The notes below the pieces were generated by a model, which saw nothing but the letters and a program-made list of their open reading frames with translations, made no database searches and was not told where the DNA came from. Positions 50,483 to 59,265 of a stretch of 64,000 bases of DNA are shown piece by piece; position 1 is the first letter of the stretch, and every line of letters starts with the position of its first letter. This DNA is from Bacteroidota bacterium (GTDB lineage: Bacteria > Bacteroidota > Bacteroidia > M30B66): positions 65,695 through 129,694 of the forward strand of contig JAIXYK010000061.1 of the NCBI GenBank assembly GCA_027490225.1, in the 5' to 3' direction. The position numbers and the translations under genes were made by a program.

Positions 50483-50614
50483 GGGGCTTCCCCCAGCGGC
50501 TCTTTAACATTCTTTAAAACTCTCAGCATATAGTTTCTGCCGCTGCGGTCAGGCCTTCGCCCATACTGCCCTCCTAAAGTCGGGCGGTATTTGGCTCAGT
50601 CCTTAAGCCGGGCA
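50483..50614 (-). repeat. GC-rich ~130-nt element, copy A (candidate structured RNA or MITE-like repeat)
   Basis: The minus strand reads TGCCCGGCTTAAGG...GGGGAAGCCCC. It is about 55% G+C by hand count in an AT-rich spacer. It is homologous to 55011-55137. The sense shown is arbitrary but consistent with copy B. Confidence 0.6.
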
Positions 50615-50742
50615 TTTATGTAATCAGTAAAGAATATTTATCGTGTGATTTTCTTTATGAGTTTTATTTACATGATTAATTATTCATTAATTTGTTAGTC
50701 AATGTTCGACTATAAAATTGTAATGCAACATTATTAAAATAA

Positions 50743-51171
50743 ATGAGCAAAATGATAAATTCCACAAAACAATTAAATGAAATTATAAGAAAATTTACCA
50801 ATGAGAATGCAAATACAAGCCTTAGTCAGTTGGCAGCGATTATTGATTTATGCTCAAGCGCTGGAATTAGATTTTCTTATGATGTAAATTTTAGAGAAGC
50901 ATCTATTTCATTCACAGCCAATAAATTTCTTGAATGGAATGTGGAAGACGCAAACCGTGAGATAGAATTACTTGTGGAGCAAGGTAAAATTGAAGAAGCA
51001 ACTTTAATACGAGGTAAAACAATAACATTAAAAAATGAAATAAAGAGGATGTTCAGACTTGAAAAGTATGGAACCGAAGATTGGTTCATAGAAAAATCAG
51101 AAAATGAGATATTCTTTTTGCCAACAGAAATCTCAGTTATTGACAGTTTAATTCCTGGATATAATGTTTGA
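50743..51171 (+). CDS. Hypothetical cytoplasmic protein
   Basis: 142-aa ORF with no signal peptide and no motif I recognise. Confidence 0.45.
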   Translation: MSKMINSTKQLNEIIRKFTNENANTSLSQLAAIIDLCSSAGIRFSYDVNFREASISFTANKFLEWNVEDANREIELLVEQGKIEEATLIRGKTITLKNEIKRMFRLEKYGTEDWFIEKSENEIFFLPTEISVIDSLIPGYNV

Positions 51172-51304
51172 AAAATAACCTTACAATAAATCACTTACTC
51201 AAAATGGGAGGGCGTTTTTAAAGACAGTTTTGTGGTAAAATTCCTACTTTGGGGTTAGCTGCAAAATATTAGCAATAGCCTTAAAAATCAAAACAATTGA
51301 TACG

Positions 51305-52366
51305 ATGAAATATTTTTTAAGTACACTTTTAATTGCAGTTTGCTTTTACTCATGCAAGCAAAATCACAAAAATGCTGACGAAAATTCGATAGGTAAATTT
51401 GCTTATTTTGATTACTCAAAAAGCGATGACCAGAATACGGGAGGAATAAAAATGATTCCTATTTCAACTCCTAAAGGCACCTTTAAAGTTTGGACTAAAC
51501 GTGTTGGAAATAATCCAAAAATAAGGGTTTTGTTACTTCATGGAGGGCCGGGCGGTACGCACGAATTTTTTGAAAATTTCGATGGCTATCTTCCTAACGA
51601 AAGCATCGAATATATTTATTACGACCAATTGGATTCATATTACAGCGAAAAACCAAACGATTCTACACTTTGGACAACCCAGCATTTCGTTGAAGAGGTA
51701 GAACAAGTGCGAAGAGCATTAAAACTTGAAAAAGATAATTTCTACTTGTTGGGACAATCTTGGGGCGGAATTTTAGCAATGGAATATGCATTAAAATATC
51801 AGCAAAATTTGAAAGGTTTAATCATTTCAAATATGGTGGCAAGTGCGCCCGAATATGAAAAATATGCCAAACAGGTTCTTGCTCCACAACTTCCGCCTGA
51901 AGTTTGGAAAGAGATTTCTGAATTGGAAGCGAAGGGTGATTATGAAAATCCCAGATATTCCGAATTATTGATGAAGTACTATTACACAAAACATGTTTTA
52001 CGGAAACCTTTAGAAGAATGGCCAGAGTTTATTAACCGCGCTTTTGCTCACCTTAATCCGAAAATCTATGTGTATATGCAAGGATATAGCGAATTTGGAA
52101 TTTCTGGAAATGCCAAGTTGAAAAATTGGAACGTTTCCAACCGCTTGAAAGAAATCTCAGTTCCAACTTTAATGATTGGTGGAAAATATGACACGATGGA
52201 TCCCAAATATATGGAATGGATGTCCACACAAGTTCAAAAAGGTAGAAGTTTAATTCTAAATGGAGGACATATCGTTCAGTATGACGATCCAACAAATTAT
52301 TTCAGCGGACTGATAAAATTTTTGAAGGACGTTGATAACAATCAGTTCACCCCCGACAAGAAATAA
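51305..52366 (+). CDS. Proline iminopeptidase-family alpha/beta hydrolase (lipoprotein)
   Basis: Lipobox 'FYSC', 'LLLHGGPGGTHEFF', and the nucleophile elbow 'LGQSWGG'. Confidence 0.85.
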   Translation: MKYFLSTLLIAVCFYSCKQNHKNADENSIGKFAYFDYSKSDDQNTGGIKMIPISTPKGTFKVWTKRVGNNPKIRVLLLHGGPGGTHEFFENFDGYLPNESIEYIYYDQLDSYYSEKPNDSTLWTTQHFVEEVEQVRRALKLEKDNFYLLGQSWGGILAMEYALKYQQNLKGLIISNMVASAPEYEKYAKQVLAPQLPPEVWKEISELEAKGDYENPRYSELLMKYYYTKHVLRKPLEEWPEFINRAFAHLNPKIYVYMQGYSEFGISGNAKLKNWNVSNRLKEISVPTLMIGGKYDTMDPKYMEWMSTQVQKGRSLILNGGHIVQYDDPTNYFSGLIKFLKDVDNNQFTPDKK

Positions 52367-52647
52367 AACAGCAAGAATAATCATTGTCCTTTTCAAAAGT
52401 TAGGTGTTTTAATTTAACAGATTTTCAAAATTAAATCTGAAGATAAATACCAATTTAATTTCGAAATAAATAAATGATTGATGGAAATTGATTGCTGAAT
52501 AGAATTTGAAAAAGGCATCAAATGAGTATTCGAGTTCAGCAGCAAAACGGTTATACTAATTAAATTTCACTGATTATCAATCTGTTCAAAGCGAATCGGA
52601 ATATTAACTTACAATTTTAGTTTTCAATGAAATGACTACAAGAAGTT

Positions 52648-53433
52648 CTAATTAAACAATGTAATCAGAATAGAACTGTAAGATTTATAAATAAGCAACA
52701 AAATCTCGGCAGATAACAATGTAATTAGTAAAGCAAATGCCCAAACTCTGGAGCTTTCCTTAGATGCAAATTTACTTCCTGCATATCCGCCCAAAAAACT
52801 ACCAACAGCCAAACATCCACCAAAAAACCAATTTACGTCTCCATTAAAGGCGAATAAACACAATGAAACAAAACTAAAAATCAAGCAAAGTGCGCTTTTC
52901 ATAGCATTGGCTTCAATGAAATCAATGCCCAAATGCAACAACAAGGAGAATAAGATAAAAGTTGCTGTATCAAGCACTATTATTCCACCCCATAAACCTA
53001 ATAAACAAAATAATAGGTAAGTAACAATTGTTATTTTATTGGGCCGGCTAACTTTTTTTATAGTTAGATTTTTAAATTTATATATTGCAAGAGAAAAGGA
53101 TACAAACAATGCAATTATTATTATTGTATTAACGTATCCTCCGGGTAAATCCTCTACCAGTAATACACCTATAATTGTACCCACAATTAATGGAATTGAT
53201 AGCGTAAGGGTTTTCTTCCAATCTATTAACTTTTTCCTGTGAAACTGATAAGTAGATGCTAGAAAACCAACAAAAACTGGTATTCTATTGGTAGCATTGG
53301 CGATATTTGGCAAAAGGCCAAATGAAATCAATGCTGGGAGTGTAACTGCCGATCCACTGCTTACTACTGTATTCAAAAATCCTCCTACAAAACCTGCTAA
53401 TAGCAGCAGTAAATATCCCCAATAATCTACCAT
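52648..53433 (-). CDS. TauE/SafE-family anion exporter membrane protein
   Basis: 261 aa with 7-8 TM helices and an internal-duplication pattern ('GGFLNTVVSSGSAVTLPAL', 'GSFLGGYAGSKFA'). Confidence 0.75.
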   Translation of the reverse strand: MVDYWGYLLLLLAGFVGGFLNTVVSSGSAVTLPALISFGLLPNIANATNRIPVFVGFLASTYQFHRKKLIDWKKTLTLSIPLIVGTIIGVLLVEDLPGGYVNTIIIIALFVSFSLAIYKFKNLTIKKVSRPNKITIVTYLLFCLLGLWGGIIVLDTATFILFSLLLHLGIDFIEANAMKSALCLIFSFVSLCLFAFNGDVNWFFGGCLAVGSFLGGYAGSKFASKESSRVWAFALLITLLSAEILLLIYKSYSSILITLFN

Positions 53434-54210
53434 AAATTAAATTTATATTTCTTGACTTATATTTTAGCTAATTATGGCCGCAAAATTAGAAATAATGATA
53501 AATAAACAAAGTCGACTAAAAATTCTGACTCAACACCAAAAGAGATTCTTAAAATAACAATAATAATTATGGAGAAGAAATAACACGATATTATTATTAT
53601 TTAATTAATATCACATTTTTGCGTTTAAAAATAACCACAGCTGCTTTGATGAGTGAAGATTTTCTTATTGTACTTTATACATAGGATGCACCAGCATAAA
53701 GCAAATTTTATGTTTTGCGATTATTCAGAACAGCCTAGTATATTTTATAATGTGTTTGTTAATAGAATATCTCACAGGTAAGCAAAAAACTATTAATTCA
53801 AGGCAAACTTAATAAACCCAAAAATCAACCGACCGAAAAAGCGTTGAATTACAACTGCTTCTTCATATAAATTAATTTACCAACTCTATATTTTTGAAAA
53901 GGTAGAAATATATTATTTGTATAGGAGTAATAAATCTTCTAAATCGCTGTTTTTAGAAATTAGAAAATCTTTGTCCCATCTAATTTCCATAGTTTTTTAC
54001 AGAGGTATATCTTTATTTAATACAGTCAACTTTTTAGAATATGGTAATGCTAGTTATTGACAATTAACGACTTGTAATCTGAAAAAAAATGCTTAAAACT
54101 CAATTCTAGCTATTAAATAAAGAATAGCAGTTAATTATGTAATTAAATAGATTATTTTTGGCTTAAAAAATTACAGGAAACCAAATTAAGTTAAATTTTT
54201 AGAATTTATT

Positions 54211-54969
54211 ATGAATAAAATTGCATTATGCTTTCTTCCTCTATTCAGTATTTTGATTTTGTCTTCTTCGTGCACAGTCGAAAAACGTAAATACCAAACA
54301 GGTTATCACATTGATTGGAAAAATAACCAAACTCTAACTAGTAAAAAAGTTAAACCTAATGATGCCGATGTTAAACATGATTCTCTTGCATTTAATGACC
54401 CAAAGAAATTAAGTGCAGAAAATGGTTCAATTGATTCTGAACCAGCGTTAATTGAAAAAGATTTAGTAACGGCCTCAAACGATAATGTTATTCATCCATT
54501 GCCCCAAAAAGACATTGCGACAAAATATTATTCAAAGGCTGAGGTTTCTGAAGGTTGCGACAACATAATTTTAGCAAATGGTGAAGAGATTGCTGCAATA
54601 GTAACTGAAGTTGGAACTGAAGAAATTCGATACAAAAAATGCAATACACCAGACGGGCCAATATATAAGCTTAAAAGGTCAGAGGTGTTTATGATTAAAT
54701 ATCAAAATGGTACAAAAGACATTATTACCCCTGCAAATAAAGAAACCCAAGTTAAAAAAACAGAAGGTTTTGGTTTGGTAAGTTTTATTATTGGAATGGT
54801 TGGTGGATTGCCTCTTGGTATTTTAGCTTTAATTTTTGGAGTAATTAGTTTGTCAAGATTCAAAAAGGAACCCGGAAAATATAAAGGAAAAGGGTTTGCA
54901 ATAGCGGGCGCTTTTTTAGGATTAATAGGTGTCTTTCTTTTGATATATTTATTCGCTTTTGCCTTTTAA
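54211..54969 (+). CDS. Lipoprotein with C-terminal DUF4190-like two-helix membrane domain
   Basis: Lipobox 'LSSSC'. The C-terminus is 'GLPLGILALIFGVISL...KGKGFAIAGAFLGLIGVFLL'. Confidence 0.55.
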   Translation: MNKIALCFLPLFSILILSSSCTVEKRKYQTGYHIDWKNNQTLTSKKVKPNDADVKHDSLAFNDPKKLSAENGSIDSEPALIEKDLVTASNDNVIHPLPQKDIATKYYSKAEVSEGCDNIILANGEEIAAIVTEVGTEEIRYKKCNTPDGPIYKLKRSEVFMIKYQNGTKDIITPANKETQVKKTEGFGLVSFIIGMVGGLPLGILALIFGVISLSRFKKEPGKYKGKGFAIAGAFLGLIGVFLLIYLFAFAF

Positions 54970-55010
54970 GTTTTTTCATTTTTAAAATATAAAATCAAAT
55001 CATGTCCACT

Positions 55011-55137
55011 TGCCCGGCTTAAGGGGCGCGGCAAATAGCTCCCGAATGTGCGCTGATAAAAGTGTGCTGGGCAAGTTCGGGACTATGGCCAAGCACCTGA
55101 CCTAAGCCTGAGGAACGATAGGCGAAGGGAAGCCCCC
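55011..55137 (+). repeat. GC-rich ~130-nt element, copy B (candidate structured RNA or MITE-like repeat)
   Basis: The plus strand reads TGCCCGGCTTAAGG...GGGAAGCCCCC. It is about 59% G+C by hand count. Internal stems are TCCCGAA/TTCGGGA (55040-46 / 55076-82) and GCCT/AGGC (55106-09 / 55120-23). Confidence 0.6.
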
Positions 55138-55182
55138 AAACATTTAAATGCTTTGCTTGTTCGGGAAATGCATGTAAAGGTG

Positions 55183-55190
55183 TAAATTTG
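55183..55190 (+). promoter_or_regulatory. Bacteroidota -7 promoter box (TAnnTTTG) upstream of lysS
   Basis: TAAATTTG lies 19 nt upstream of the lysS ATG, downstream of element B. Confidence 0.4.
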
Positions 55191-55209
55191 CAGCCTTTCG
55201 AAAAAAATT

Positions 55210-56715
55210 ATGAGCGAGAATTTATCTGAACTTGAACGCCAGCGCCGCGACAGCCTTGATGAAATTATAAAATTGGGCATTAATCCTTATCCTGCAGAAT
55301 TGTTTCCTGTGGATGTTACTGCCAAGGATATAAACAGTAATTATGAAAAGGATAAGTTGAATTATAAGAACATTACCATTGCGGGGCGCATTATGACGCG
55401 CAGAATTATGGGAAATGCTGCTTTTGCGGTAATTCAGGACTCTACCGACAAGGTGCAGATTTACTTACGCAGAGATGATATTTGTCCGGATGAGGATAAA
55501 ACTTTGTACAATACCGTTTTTAAGAAATTGCTGGATATTGGCGATATAATTGGCGTTACGGGTTATGTTTTTACTACACAAACGGGTGAAACAACCATTC
55601 ACTGTACTTCGATGAAAATTTTGGCAAAGTCGCTAAGACCGTTACCAATTGTGAAAGAGAAAGATGGCGAGTTGTACGATGCATTTTCTGACCCAGAATT
55701 GAGATACCGTCAGCGCTATGTCGATTTAATTGTGAATCACCATGTGAAGGAAGCTTTTGTGAAAAGAACGCAATTGACCAATTCTATGCGCTCGTTTTTG
55801 AATAACAAAGGTTATTTGGAGGTGGAAACGCCTATTTTACAACCATTGTACGGTGGAGCTGCGGCGCGTCCATTTAAAACACACCACAATACCTTAGACA
55901 TGACTTTGTATTTGCGTATTGCCAATGAGTTGTATTTGAAAAGATTGATTGTTGGCGGTTTTGATGGTGTGTATGAATTTGCGAAAGACTTTAGAAATGA
56001 GGGAATGAGCCGTTTTCATAATCCTGAATTTACGCAGGTTGAGTTATATGTGGCTTACAAAGATTATAACTGGATGATGGATTTAGTGGAAGAAATGGTG
56101 GAAAAAGTGGCCATTGATTTACACGGAACTACAGAAGTTCAGGTTGGTGAGCATATTATAAATTTCCAAAGACCTTGGAAAAGAATGAGCATGTACGAAG
56201 CCATTGAACATTACACTGGCGTTGATATTTCGGAAATGGATGAGGCAACAATGGCAACCGCCGCAAAGGCTATGCATGTGAAAGTGGATGCTACCATGGG
56301 CCGTGGAAAAATAATTGATGAAATTTTTGGTGAAAAATGTGAGGCGCAATTGATCCAGCCGACTTTTATTACAGATTATCCGGTAGAAATGTCGCCACTT
56401 GCTAAGAAACACCGCAGCAAACCAGGATTGGTAGAACGATTTGAGGGAATTTGCAATGGCAAGGAAATTTGCAATGCCTTTTCGGAATTGAACGACCCGA
56501 TTGACCAGCGCAAGCGTTTTGAAGAACAGTTAGATTTGGGCAAGCGTGGTGATGAAGAAGCGATGCTACTGGACGAAGATTTCTTGCGTGCAATAGAATT
56601 CGGAATGCCACCAACAGCAGGATTAGGAATAGGAATTGACCGTTTGGCAATGATTATGACGAATTCTAAGAGTATTCAGGATGTGCTGTTTTTCCCGCAC
56701 ATGCGTCCGGAATAA
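55210..56715 (+). CDS. lysS: Lysine--tRNA ligase (class II)
   Basis: An OB-fold N-domain, then '[20 protein letters not shown]' (motif 2) and '[14 protein letters not shown]' (motif 3). Confidence 0.95.
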   Translation: MSENLSELERQRRDSLDEIIKLGINPYPAELFPVDVTAKDINSNYEKDKLNYKNITIAGRIMTRRIMGNAAFAVIQDSTDKVQIYLRRDDICPDEDKTLYNTVFKKLLDIGDIIGVTGYVFTTQTGETTIHCTSMKILAKSLRPLPIVKEKDGELYDAFSDPELRYRQRYVDLIVNHHVKEAFVKRTQLTNSMRSFLNNKGYLEVETPILQPLYGGAAARPFKTHHNTLDMTLYLRIANELYLKRLIVGGFDGVYEFAKDFRNEGMSRFHNPEFTQVELYVAYKDYNWMMDLVEEMVEKVAIDLHGTTEVQVGEHIINFQRPWKRMSMYEAIEHYTGVDISEMDEATMATAAKAMHVKVDATMGRGKIIDEIFGEKCEAQLIQPTFITDYPVEMSPLAKKHRSKPGLVERFEGICNGKEICNAFSELNDPIDQRKRFEEQLDLGKRGDEEAMLLDEDFLRAIEFGMPPTAGLGIGIDRLAMIMTNSKSIQDVLFFPHMRPE

Positions 56716-56717
56716 GT

Positions 56718-57968
56718 TTACTTTCTAGGTCGAAGAATGAGGCGCAACGAGTTATCGTTGGTGATGTAGTTCCATGCCCAATTGAAGAAAATAGCGAGTT
56801 TGTTGCGCACACTTAAAATGAGCATCAGGTGGAGAAACATCCAGATAAACCAAGCGAAACGACCTTGAAAATGGATGAATGGTAAATCTACCACAGCTTT
56901 GTGTTTTCCAATGGTTGCCATGGAGCCAAGGTCGTTGTATTCATATTCTACAAGTGGTTTGTTTTTTTCTTTTCGAAGTAAATTTTTGGCCAAAAGTTTA
57001 GATTGATTTATGGCCACATTTGCTACTTGCGGATGTGCATTGGGATATTTTGGAGTTACCATGTAAGCAATATCTCCCAAGGCATAAATGTTATTGGAAT
57101 CTTTTAAAAGATTGGTGCGATTTACAATATATCTGTTGCGAATGGTGTTTTCTTTGGAAATTCCAGGAATGGTATTACCCGTAACACCTGCAGCCCAAAC
57201 CAAGTTTTTACAAGCAATGGTGGTGTTGTTGGACAAAAAGATGGTATTCCCATCGTAATTTGAAACAGTGAGTCCAGTTAAAACTTCAACTCCAAGTTGC
57301 TCGAGGTATTCGCGGGAAGCTTTTTGTGAGGCAGAACTCATGTTTACTAAGGTGAATGGAGAACCTTCGATGAGTAAAATTCGCAGCGCAGAAAAATCAG
57401 CATTTGGATAATCTCTAGGCAGCACTTTCTTTTTCATTTCGGCAAATGAGCCAGCTAGTTCTACACCCGTTGGGCCCGCACCAACAAGTGCAATGGTCAT
57501 AGCGGCAGAATCGTTGGTATTGCCTTGCGCCATAATATTTTCGAAATTGAGCAAGATATGGTTTCTGATTTCGATGGCTTCTTCGGTGGTTTTCATGGCC
57601 AGGGAATTGGCTTCAATGTTTTTGTTACCAAAGAAATTGGTGGTGCAGCCTGTGGCAATTACTAAATAATCGTATTGCATTACGCCAATGCTGGTGGTTA
57701 TTTCATTTTGTTGAGGTTCAATGGAAAGTACCTTGGCCAATCGAAATTCAACAGAATGTTCATGTTGAAAAACCTTGCGAAAAGGAAATGAGATGTTTGA
57801 AGGTTCCAAACGTGCACTGGCTACTTGGTAATAAAGTGGCTGAAATTGGTGGTGATTTTGAAAGTCAATAAGTGTGATGTCGAATGCTGAATTTCCCAGT
57901 GAACGGGCCAGTTGCAAGCCAGCAAATCCTCCACCAACAATGATGAGGTGTTTTTTATTTGGTTGCAT
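56718..57968 (-). CDS. ndh: Type II NADH:quinone oxidoreductase (NDH-2)
   Basis: 'HLIIVGGGFAGLQLA' and 'IALVGAGPTGVELAG' are dinucleotide folds. The ATG at 57968 is preferred over the extended track start at 58061. Confidence 0.85.
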   Translation of the reverse strand: MQPNKKHLIIVGGGFAGLQLARSLGNSAFDITLIDFQNHHQFQPLYYQVASARLEPSNISFPFRKVFQHEHSVEFRLAKVLSIEPQQNEITTSIGVMQYDYLVIATGCTTNFFGNKNIEANSLAMKTTEEAIEIRNHILLNFENIMAQGNTNDSAAMTIALVGAGPTGVELAGSFAEMKKKVLPRDYPNADFSALRILLIEGSPFTLVNMSSASQKASREYLEQLGVEVLTGLTVSNYDGNTIFLSNNTTIACKNLVWAAGVTGNTIPGISKENTIRNRYIVNRTNLLKDSNNIYALGDIAYMVTPKYPNAHPQVANVAINQSKLLAKNLLRKEKNKPLVEYEYNDLGSMATIGKHKAVVDLPFIHFQGRFAWFIWMFLHLMLILSVRNKLAIFFNWAWNYITNDNSLRLILRPRK

Positions 57969-58075
57969 AATTTTATCTATAATTAATAATAGGGCAAAGG
58001 TAGTTTTTGAAGAATGATATAGTGCAAATAATCTGTATTGTTTTTTTTCTACTTTTAGCACATCAATTAAAAGCT

Positions 58076-58813
58076 ATGCGAAAAATATTTGCATTTGTAT
58101 TTAGTACCACATTCCTATTTTTAATAATAATTTGGGGTTCTTGCAAAAAGGATAAAATCGTAATTTCTGTTGAAAAGTCTGGTGGAAATATAGTTGCAGA
58201 ACCCATTCCTTGTCCTGATAGTTTGGTTGACATTGATGGAAATGTATACCGCGTAATTGATGTAGATGGTACTTGTTGGATGGCCGAAAACTTAAAAGTG
58301 AGTAGGTATCAGAATGGAGATTCGATACCACAAATAACTGAAGACCAAAATTGGGTTGATAGCAATAAAGGTGCTTTTTGCTTTTATGAGAACGATGCCA
58401 CTAACAATGCACAATTTGGAAAGTTGTATAATGGAATGGCAGTAGTGGATGCAAGAAAATTATGTCCTGCAGGTTGGAAAGTGGCAAGTGATAGCGATTG
58501 GACCGCAATGACAGATTTTTTAGGCGGAGCTGAGATAGCAGGAGGGAAGTTAAAAGCTACCAATACATGGGCATTTGGAGGTTTTGGGTCTACAGATGAA
58601 ATTGGGTTTACAGCTTTACCCGGAGGTCGCAGATTTGATGTGGTTGGTGGTGTTTTTACAGATATTTTGAACAGCGGTTATTGGTGGACAAGCACCATCA
58701 ATTCAACGCAGGATGCATTGTGGTCGCGCAATTTGAACTACCCGAATGTAAATGTTAATAGAAATTTAACGGGAGAAAAAGCGGGCCACTCGGTGCGGTG
58801 TGTGAGGAATTAG
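58076..58813 (+). CDS. FISUMP (Fibrobacter succinogenes major paralogous) domain lipoprotein
   Basis: Lipobox 'IWGSC'. Motifs 'CWMAENLKVSRYQNGD', 'CPAGWKVASDSDW', 'GFTALPGGRR' and 'HSVRCVRN'. The start at the ATG at 58076 avoids overlap with ndh. Confidence 0.85.
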   Translation: MRKIFAFVFSTTFLFLIIIWGSCKKDKIVISVEKSGGNIVAEPIPCPDSLVDIDGNVYRVIDVDGTCWMAENLKVSRYQNGDSIPQITEDQNWVDSNKGAFCFYENDATNNAQFGKLYNGMAVVDARKLCPAGWKVASDSDWTAMTDFLGGAEIAGGKLKATNTWAFGGFGSTDEIGFTALPGGRRFDVVGGVFTDILNSGYWWTSTINSTQDALWSRNLNYPNVNVNRNLTGEKAGHSVRCVRN

Positions 58814-58838
58814 GTTTAATATTTTAAAACGCAAGAAT

Positions 58839-59159
58839 ATGGCTGCGGTAGATGAATTTAAGATTCAGCAATGGATGGTTGAAAATCGTAGTTTGGAGTA
58901 TGTAGAAGGTGTTTTAAGGGAAATGGATGCCGATATAGAAACATTTGAGGCTTATGTTGTTGCTTTTAAAAAGGCAAAGCGCAGCAAAAGAGTAACGAAT
59001 GGTTTTATATTGATGGCAGCTGGTGCTGTATTAGGTTTTGTTGGATTTATTTTAACTGTAACCAACATTTTTCCGGGAATGTTTTATGTTACTTTGTTTG
59101 GTTTTACTACAGTTTCGGCGGTTTTGGTTGGTTGGGGATTGTATTTGGTGCTGGAATGA
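58839..59159 (+). CDS. Small two-TM membrane protein, function unknown
   Basis: 106 aa with a soluble N-terminal half followed by two hydrophobic helices. Confidence 0.45.
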   Translation: MAAVDEFKIQQWMVENRSLEYVEGVLREMDADIETFEAYVVAFKKAKRSKRVTNGFILMAAGAVLGFVGFILTVTNIFPGMFYVTLFGFTTVSAVLVGWGLYLVLE

Positions 59160-59265
59160 GGTGAAGAATAAAGTGTTCTGTTTTTTATTGAGAAGTTGAT
59201 TTAAAAATATTGTATTTAAAGTTTTTAAAGTATACTTTTACATTTTAACCATCACTTAAAAATCT

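Noticed and set aside
55011-55024. CCCGGCTTA resembles the 3' strand of the RNase P RNA P4 helix (ACAGAACCCGGCUUA)
   Set aside because: The sequence immediately 5' is AT-rich spacer. The other universally conserved RNase P blocks (for example GAGGAAAGTCCGGGC) are absent. The element is only ~130 nt and occurs in two copies.
54970-55209. T-box or lysine riboswitch upstream of lysS
   Set aside because: No T-box sequence, specifier-loop architecture or L-box conserved core is recognisable. The same element also occurs next to rpsP, and a promoter-like box lies between the element and lysS.
55083-55280. 65-aa minus-strand ORF spanning element B and the lysS start
   Set aside because: It overlaps the lysS promoter and start. 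It is Arg/Ser-rich only because it reads through a GC-rich non-coding element. It has no start context or homology signal.
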